From NCBI GenBank assembly GCA_024638655.1, contig JAHEJW010000014.1, forward strand, positions 6,385 through 70,384: a stretch of 64,000 nucleotides of DNA, given 5' to 3'. Numbering within the stretch: position 1 is the stretch's first letter; every line of letters starts with the position of its first letter. The notes under the pieces are model-generated. The model saw nothing but the letters and a program-made list of their open reading frames with translations, was not told the origin of the DNA and ran no database searches. This stretch comes from a bacterium. Lineage in GTDB: Bacteria > Actinomycetota > Acidimicrobiia > Spongiisociales > ZC4RG35. This document shows positions 57,829 to 64,000 of the stretch, piece by piece. The translations under genes and the position numbers were made by a program.

Positions 57829-58482
57829 ATGGACTCCGAGAAGCGCACGGCACTAGCCCGGGATGCTCTAGCCGGATATGCGCATGGACCACTGGCACCG
57901 ATGATCGCCAGGTCTCGAGCTCTCGAAGACCTCGCTGAGTCGCGGGCGGTCGTTCTTGTCGAAGGCATCAGTGATCAGATCGCTCTCGAGACCATTGCAG
58001 CGAGACACGGCCGCGCACTCGACACGGATGGTGTGACGGTCCTTCCTGCCGGCGGAGCACATGAAATCGTCAAACTGTCGATCGAACTCGGGCCGAATGT
58101 GCCTATCGGCGGTTTGTGTGACGCCGCGGAGGAGCCCCTCATCAAAAAGGGCTTGGCCGATTCCGGTCGGGGAGAGTCTGGCTCATCCGAGGAGCTGGAG
58201 ACGCTTGGGTTCTTCGTATGTCGGCGAGATCTCGAGGACGAGTTGATCCGCGCCGCGGGGATCGAAAACGCCCTGGCTGTGCTCGAATCTCAGGGCGATC
58301 TGAGGTCGTTCCAGAGGCTCCAGCTGCAACCAGCATGGCGGGAGCGACCGGTTTCAGCTCAATTGCGGCGTTTCCTGGGAAGTGGAGCGCGTCGCAAGCT
58401 GCGATATGCCCGGCTGCTCGCCGGATCCATCGACCTGGACCGCAGCCCCAGGCCCATCGAAGCCCTACTCGATTACGTGTGA
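57829..58482 (+). CDS. Stand-alone OLD-family TOPRIM domain protein
   Basis: VVLVEGISD, GLCDAAE, FFVC..DLEDEL; no ATPase domain. Confidence 0.75.
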   Translation: MDSEKRTALARDALAGYAHGPLAPMIARSRALEDLAESRAVVLVEGISDQIALETIAARHGRALDTDGVTVLPAGGAHEIVKLSIELGPNVPIGGLCDAAEEPLIKKGLADSGRGESGSSEELETLGFFVCRRDLEDELIRAAGIENALAVLESQGDLRSFQRLQLQPAWRERPVSAQLRRFLGSGARRKLRYARLLAGSIDLDRSPRPIEALLDYV

Positions 58483-58499
58483 CCCCAGGGCTTGGAGAC

Positions 58500-59957
58500 T
58501 CAGGAGCCGCCGAGCGCCTCCCTCAGCATCTCGTTGGCCAGTTTCGGATCGGCCTTTCCCTGAGTCGCCCTCATGACCTGGCCGACCAGGAAACCGACCA
58601 CCTTCTGCTCGCCTTCCTGATATGACGCAACGGCATCGGGATGCTCCTCGAGGACGTGGCCTATCACCTCGGCGAGAGCGGAGCTATCCGAGATCTGAAT
58701 GAGGTCCCGGCGCTCCGCGACCACACGTGCACTCCCCTCCCCCGAAAGGATGCCTTCCAAGACTTCTTTTGCAGCTGAAGAGGAGACCACGCCCTCGTCG
58801 ACGATTGTGATCAGTTCTTGGAGATGGACCGGTTCGAGACGCAAATCGGCAGGCTCTGTCCCTGTCTTTCGGAGCCAGGCAGTCACCTCCCCGGTGAGCC
58901 AGTTGGCTGTGGCTCTGGTGTCCGCACCCAGCGAAACGGTCTCGTCGTAGAGCGATCGGAGCATTGCCGGAGAGTCGGAGAGGACGCCCGCAGAGCTCTC
59001 GTCGAGCCCCTGGCCGAGGTAGCGCTCCCTTCGCTGGGCGGGCAACTCGGGCAGTTTGTTGCGAATCGTGGCGACCCAAGTTTCATCCATGATCATGGGG
59101 ACCAGGTCGGGCTCGATGAAGTAGCGATAGTCCGAAGACCCCTCTTTGGTTCGCATCGAATGGGTGACGCCGGCCTCTTCGTCCCAGTGCCTCGTCTCCT
59201 GAATCACATCGCTGTCGGATCCAGTGGCCTCGATCTGACGTTGGATCTCGTAGTCGATGGCACGTTCGAGGGATCGGAACGAGTTCATGTTCTTTATCTC
59301 GACTTTCGTACCCAGCACGTCGCTCCCCTCGGGCCGGATCGAAACGTTGGCATCGAAGCGCATGGATCCCTCCTCGAGACGGGCGTCTGACACCCCGAGC
59401 TCGAGGACGATCGCACGCAGCTCCTGTGCATACGCCCTCGCCTGCGTGGCGGTGCGAATGTCGGGCTTGGAGACGATCTCGACCAGTGGGACCCCCGACC
59501 GGTTGAAGTCGAGGAGAGTGGACTTTGCGGCATGGATCCGGCCGCCATCGCCTACATGGGTTGACTTCCCAGTGTCCTCCTCCATATGTGCTCTCTCGAT
59601 CCCAACCCGGACCGATTCTCCGTCGTTGGGCAGATCGAGGTATCCGTCGTGACAGACGGGAATGTCGTATTGGGAGATCTGATAGTTCTTCGGAAGGTCG
59701 GCGTAGAAGTAGTTCTTACGATGGAACACAGACTTGTGGGATACCTGGCAGTTGAGAGCCAGGCCGATCGCCATGATCCACTCGATTGCCTTGCGGTTCG
59801 GCACCGGGAGAGCACCGGGGAGACCGAGACAGACAGGACAGACATTGGTGTTGGGCTCTGAGCCGAATTCGACGGCACAGCCGCAGAACATCTTGGAGTC
59901 GGTGGCCAACTCGACATGCACCTCGATGCCGATCACTGCCTCCCATCGGGCGGTCAC
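58500..59957 (-). CDS. gatB: Asp/Glu-tRNA amidotransferase subunit B
   Basis: IGIEVHVEL, CPVCLGLPGALP, RKNYFY.DLPKNYQISQ, HMEEDTGK, EIKNMNS, DYRYF.EPDL. Confidence 0.97.
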   Translation of the reverse strand: MTARWEAVIGIEVHVELATDSKMFCGCAVEFGSEPNTNVCPVCLGLPGALPVPNRKAIEWIMAIGLALNCQVSHKSVFHRKNYFYADLPKNYQISQYDIPVCHDGYLDLPNDGESVRVGIERAHMEEDTGKSTHVGDGGRIHAAKSTLLDFNRSGVPLVEIVSKPDIRTATQARAYAQELRAIVLELGVSDARLEEGSMRFDANVSIRPEGSDVLGTKVEIKNMNSFRSLERAIDYEIQRQIEATGSDSDVIQETRHWDEEAGVTHSMRTKEGSSDYRYFIEPDLVPMIMDETWVATIRNKLPELPAQRRERYLGQGLDESSAGVLSDSPAMLRSLYDETVSLGADTRATANWLTGEVTAWLRKTGTEPADLRLEPVHLQELITIVDEGVVSSSAAKEVLEGILSGEGSARVVAERRDLIQISDSSALAEVIGHVLEEHPDAVASYQEGEQKVVGFLVGQVMRATQGKADPKLANEMLREALGGS

Positions 59958-61423
59958 GAGGCCAACTCCTCGATCACAGGTCGGGCGCCGAACCCGGCGA
60001 GACGCTCGACTTCGGCAGCCACGCGAAACAAGACCCGCTCCCCGAGAGCCGGCGCCATCACCTGGAACCCGATCGGCAGGCCCTGTTCGTCGAGCCCGAT
60101 CGGAACCGAGATGCCGGGGTGGCCGACCAGGTTGGCCGGATTGGTGCAGATGTCGGTGAGGTACATCGAAAGCGGATCATCGATCTTCTCCCCGGCGGGG
60201 AAAGCGACGGTCGGACTGGTCGGAGACACCAGCGCGTCGACTGTCTCATAAGCGCGGGCGAAGTCGTCGCGGAGGGCGACCCTCACCCGTTGAGCCTGGC
60301 CGTAGAAGGCGTCGTAGTACCCGGCGGAGAGTGCGTAGGTGCCGAGGAGGATTCGTCTCGTGACCTCCGGCCCGAAGCCCTCGGCCCGGGTCCTGGCCAT
60401 GAGCTCCTCGGTGGTCTCCCCTTCGACACGCAGCCCGTAGCGGATCCCGTCGAAACGGGCCAGGTTCGCCGAGGCTTCCGCCGGAGCCACCAGGTAATAA
60501 GCCGAAAGGGCGATGTCGACCGTGGGAAGGGAGACCTCGACGATCTCGGCTCCGGCCTCGGAAAGGCTTTGCACCATGTCGGCGACCGAGGACTCGACCG
60601 CGGGCTCGTAGCCCTCACCGGCCAGTTCCTTGATGACACCGATCTTGAGCCCGTCGACCCCCGTGTCGAGATCGGCCGGCACGTCGGGGTATTCGGCTGA
60701 ATAGGAGGTGGCGTCTAGGGGGTCGTGACCCCAGATGGCCTCGAGTGTCAAAGCGGCGTCTTCAACGCTCTTGGACAGGGGCCCGATCTGGTCGAGGGAG
60801 GACGCAAAGGCGATCAGCCCGTATCGGCTCACAGTCCCGTATGTGGGTTTGAGCCCGACTATCCCGGTCAGGGAAGCGGGTTGGCGAATCGATCCTCCCG
60901 TGTCCGAGCCCAGCGCACCGAACGCCGAACCCGCGGCCACCGCCGCAGCCGAGCCACCCGAGGATCCGCCCGGGATCCGGCCGATGTCCCAAGGATTGAA
61001 GCTCGGGCCGTAGGCCGAGTTCTCAGTGGACGAGCCCATGGCGAACTCGTCGAGATTGGTCTTTCCGACGATCACCGCTCCGGCGTCACGAAGACGGGTC
61101 ACCACCGTGGCATCGTATGGAGGCACATAGCCGGCGAGGATCTGAGAGGCGGCCGTGGTCTCCACGCCGCGGGTGCACATGTTGTCCTTGAGGGCGATAG
61201 GGATGCCGTGGAGGGGGCCTCGGTCGATTCCATCGGCTAGATCGGCGTCGGCCTGGCCCGCGGCCTCTCGTGCGCCCTCCTTGTCGAGGGTCAGGTAGGC
61301 GTGCAGCTGCGCTTCGGTCTGGGAGGCACGAAGCAGAACTGCATCCAGTAGGTCTTCAGAGGTGACCTCCCCCGACCGGAGGCTTCTTCCGGCCTCCACG
61401 ATCGTCTTCTCATGGAGGGTCAC
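59954..61423 (-). CDS. gatA: Asp/Glu-tRNA amidotransferase subunit A
   Basis: [52 protein letters not shown]. Confidence 0.97.
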   Translation of the reverse strand: MTLHEKTIVEAGRSLRSGEVTSEDLLDAVLLRASQTEAQLHAYLTLDKEGAREAAGQADADLADGIDRGPLHGIPIALKDNMCTRGVETTAASQILAGYVPPYDATVVTRLRDAGAVIVGKTNLDEFAMGSSTENSAYGPSFNPWDIGRIPGGSSGGSAAAVAAGSAFGALGSDTGGSIRQPASLTGIVGLKPTYGTVSRYGLIAFASSLDQIGPLSKSVEDAALTLEAIWGHDPLDATSYSAEYPDVPADLDTGVDGLKIGVIKELAGEGYEPAVESSVADMVQSLSEAGAEIVEVSLPTVDIALSAYYLVAPAEASANLARFDGIRYGLRVEGETTEELMARTRAEGFGPEVTRRILLGTYALSAGYYDAFYGQAQRVRVALRDDFARAYETVDALVSPTSPTVAFPAGEKIDDPLSMYLTDICTNPANLVGHPGISVPIGLDEQGLPIGFQVMAPALGERVLFRVAAEVERLAGFGARPVIEELAS

Positions 61424-61710
61424 TCCGTCTCCAGAGCCGGAGGTGCGACGAAGAAGCCGTCCATGGCTTCCGGGGCCTGAGAAAGGACCTCTTCCCGATC
61501 GAGGGAGGGGCGGCGTTCGTCATCCCGGAAGGCATTGTCGAAGCCGAGTGGGTGAGCCGAGCCCGGGTGGGGATCGCCTTCCAGCGATTGGACTCTCGCC
61601 GCGTGCTCGAGGATGTCGGCCAACTGCGACTTGTAGCCCTCGAGCTCTTCGTCGGTTAGGCCGAGTCTCGCCAAACGGGCGACGTGGGCGATGTCGATGT
61701 CGATGGCCAT
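61420..61710 (-). CDS. gatC: Asp/Glu-tRNA amidotransferase subunit C
   Basis: HVARLARL, QL.DIL, N.FRDD, QAP....FF.AP; first gene of gatCAB. Confidence 0.93.
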   Translation of the reverse strand: MAIDIDIAHVARLARLGLTDEELEGYKSQLADILEHAARVQSLEGDPHPGSAHPLGFDNAFRDDERRPSLDREEVLSQAPEAMDGFFVAPPALETE

Positions 61711-61897
61711 GGCCGCCGGAGTGTATTGGCCGATGCGGGCGAGTCACAGATCGCACCTCGCCGAAACGGGTGGGTTCCTTGAACTGTCCAGCGATGGTGA
61801 AACCGAGGAGGGCGCAGCGCCGAAGCCTCCCGCCCATGCCGGCCAATTGATGGCTCAGAAGAGGCCCTCTGAAATACATCGTAGACAACTCTTGATT

Positions 61898-61934
61898 TGT
61901 CCTATGCGGTGTGTAGTATCGAACATATGTTCGT
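61898..61934 (+). promoter_or_regulatory. LexA (SOS) box overlapping a leaderless, RecA-NDp-like promoter
   Basis: TCGAACATATGTTCGT at 61919-61934 spans ATG 61927; TGTCCT-N10-TAGTAT at 61898-61919. Confidence 0.8.
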
Positions 61935-63228
61935 ACTGCAGACCTCTGATAGCGAGCTCAAAGCGGCGGAGTTCAACACTGAACGGTCAGATAACGGGCC
62001 GGGCGAGCCTGGGACGGTTGGTGTGGATGTTCATGTCCTGCCCGCCGACCTCGAGGGTATGGCCCCGGGTCCGTTCCTGGCTTCGATCCTCTCGGTTGTG
62101 GACCCGGGGAAACTGACAGGCCGGGATGTGGTCAGGTATGTGCAAGCCCAGGCCCGACTGGTCTCGCATTATCAGGCGTCGTATTACACCGGGATCGTTG
62201 AACTGGCCCACGCCACCGAAGCGGATACAACCGAAAGGGATCACGTACCCAACGAATACGCCTCCGACGAGCTCGGAGCCGCCCTGGCCAAGACCCGTCG
62301 TGCCGCCGAAGCCGACGTCGACCTGGCATTCGATCTGAAGTACCGGCTACCCAAAGTTTGGCAAGCCCTGGCAGAGGGGCGTATAGATCTGGCCAAAGCC
62401 AGAGTGTTCTCCCAAGAACTCGCCACCCTCAAACCAGAACTCATCCCGGATGTAGTCGAAACTCTCATCGACACCGCCGCGGACTTGACTACCGGCCAGC
62501 TTCGCACCCGTTTGAAGAGAGCAGTTCTCGAAGCCGACCTGACGGCAGCGCAAGCCCACTACGCGGCCGGGCTGGAAGACCGCAAACTGGTCGTGTACCC
62601 CAATCCCGACCACACCGCCAACGTCGGCCTCGTCTCAGTCGACCCGTTCCAAGCAGTCGCCGCCACCAACCACGTCCATCACATAGCACTCAAACTGAAA
62701 CGACTACCCGGCGAGACCAGGACGATCGACCAGCTCAAGGCCGATGTTGCCCTGGACCTACTCCAAGGCAATACCTCCGATATCCCAGACGGCGTCACCA
62801 TCCAACCCAACGAGATCGTCGTTCGTTCCACCTGTGACTCACCGACGGGGCACATCACCGGCTATGGACCCGTTCTCACTAGCAGCACACCGGCAGACGC
62901 TCCTTCTGCCGAAAAGGACGACGGAGTCGCCAACTGCCACCAGACCTACAGCAGACGGCCCACCAGAGCCCAGATCCAACACATCCGCGCCCAATACCCG
63001 ACCTGCATCCACCCCGGATGCCGCATGCCCTCCAACCGATGTGACATCGACCACCGCCAACCCTGGCACCAAGGCGGAAAGACCAGCTGCAGAAATCTCG
63101 CACCCCTTTGCCGACACCACCACCTGTGCAAACACCAAGGCGGCTGGCAGCTCCACCGAAACCCCGACGACAGCCACACCTGGACCAGCCCCCTCGGCCA
63201 CACCTACACCACCAGGGCACCGCCATAG
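61927..63228 (+). CDS. DUF222-domain HNH endonuclease (13E12 repeat family)
   Basis: LP.VW.AL..GRID..KA, RT.DQLKAD, C.HPGC, CDIDHRQPW..GG.T...NLAPLCRHHH..K, W.SPLG..Y; compositionally atypical C/A-rich coding strand. Confidence 0.9.
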   Translation: MFVLQTSDSELKAAEFNTERSDNGPGEPGTVGVDVHVLPADLEGMAPGPFLASILSVVDPGKLTGRDVVRYVQAQARLVSHYQASYYTGIVELAHATEADTTERDHVPNEYASDELGAALAKTRRAAEADVDLAFDLKYRLPKVWQALAEGRIDLAKARVFSQELATLKPELIPDVVETLIDTAADLTTGQLRTRLKRAVLEADLTAAQAHYAAGLEDRKLVVYPNPDHTANVGLVSVDPFQAVAATNHVHHIALKLKRLPGETRTIDQLKADVALDLLQGNTSDIPDGVTIQPNEIVVRSTCDSPTGHITGYGPVLTSSTPADAPSAEKDDGVANCHQTYSRRPTRAQIQHIRAQYPTCIHPGCRMPSNRCDIDHRQPWHQGGKTSCRNLAPLCRHHHLCKHQGGWQLHRNPDDSHTWTSPLGHTYTTRAPP

Positions 63229-63258
63229 CTAGAGCCGGGCACGTTCCCGGTGAACCAG

Positions 63259-63999
63259 CTAGATGTCAGACAGAACCGTTGCCAATGCCTCGTAGGCCCA
63301 ATCGAGGTCGTCCAACCTGACCGACTCACCGGGTTTGTGTGCCAACGACGTCTCGCCGGGCCCGAAGTTCACCGCCGGGACCCCAAGCTGCGCCAGCTGC
63401 GCCACGTCTGTCCAGCCTTGCTTGGATGCGATCACGCCGCCAGAGATCGAGGCCAGCTCCTGGAAGAGGGGATGGGAGACATCAGGATATGCCGACGGGG
63501 CTCTGTCAGCTATCTGGAAAACGTCGGCATCGGAGCAGAGCTCACGTAGATGAGTGATGGCCTCGTCCATGGTGCGATCGGGAGCGAAGCGGTAGTTGAC
63601 GTTGAGCTCGAACCTGCCCGGGATGACGTTGTTGGCCACTCCCCCAGCAGCTCGGGTCACCGAGACCACCTCTTTGAACTCGAGACCTTCGACCATCCGG
63701 GACTCCGGCTCGACATGATGCATCCTGGTGAGAAAGGGCCCGGCGCGTGATACGGCATTGACACCGAGCCAGGGACGAGCCGAATGGGCAGGCTCGCCCT
63801 CGAATACGACGGTCGCGTTGATGGCGCCCTGGCACCCCACATGCATCTCACGGTTGGTGGGCTCGAGGACTATCCCCGCCGCCGCGGACTCCAGCTCGAC
63901 GAGCTGATCGAGAATCGGGCCGAGCTGGTTCCCGCTCATAGGGCCCTCTTCCCCTGCATAGAAGATCCCCACGAGACGGTCGGTGCCGAGATCTTCGAG
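63259..63999 (-). CDS. dapE: Succinyl-diaminopimelate desuccinylase (M20), 5' truncated by window edge
   Basis: FY.GEEG, EPT....GCQG, AHSARPW.G.NA, NVIP, NYRFAP, GWTDVA, NFGPG...AH. Confidence 0.88.
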   Translation of the reverse strand, partial: LEDLGTDRLVGIFYAGEEGPMSGNQLGPILDQLVELESAAAGIVLEPTNREMHVGCQGAINATVVFEGEPAHSARPWLGVNAVSRAGPFLTRMHHVEPESRMVEGLEFKEVVSVTRAAGGVANNVIPGRFELNVNYRFAPDRTMDEAITHLRELCSDADVFQIADRAPSAYPDVSHPLFQELASISGGVIASKQGWTDVAQLAQLGVPAVNFGPGETSLAHKPGESVRLDDLDWAYEALATVLSDI

Positions 64000-64000
64000 G

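Noticed and set aside
61711-61897. Possible tRNA/ncRNA or IS end in the gatC-HNH intergenic region
   Set aside because: Only short weak hairpins; no cloverleaf, terminal inverted repeats or target duplication recognised.

Overview
High-GC (actinobacterial-type, most consistent with Acidimicrobiia; inferred from gene content, Thr-rich exported proteins, leaderless promoters and a Gram-positive SOS box) chromosomal window with about 60 genes and no rRNA, tRNA or CRISPR array that I could detect. Housekeeping genes: murI (partial), menF/menD/menC, manC, gcvP behind a singlet glycine riboswitch, ychF, gpsA, pyk, gatCAB, dapE (partial). Most notable: (1) an unannotated 20-aa, 6-Cys peptide gene (53023-53085) divergent from an ArsR/SmtB repressor, with its own consensus promoter, twin operator palindromes, RBS and 3' hairpin - a candidate micro-metallothionein/arsenite-chelation module; (2) a herA-sbcD-sbcC-nurA cluster in the archaeal herA-mre11-rad50-nurA order, with two PafBC/RecA-NDp-like damage promoters; (3) a 12.5-kb cluster combining homoprotocatechuate-type ring-cleavage enzymes with an aromatic amino-acid decarboxylase, gamma-glutamyl ligase/hydrolase, P450 and a family-V acetoacetate-decarboxylase-like enzyme, with a shared MarR-type palindrome; (4) a GT78 mannosylglycerate synthase; (5) a LexA-box-controlled DUF222-HNH gene. 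All calls are from motif recognition by eye; no database searches were run, and start codons are best estimates.
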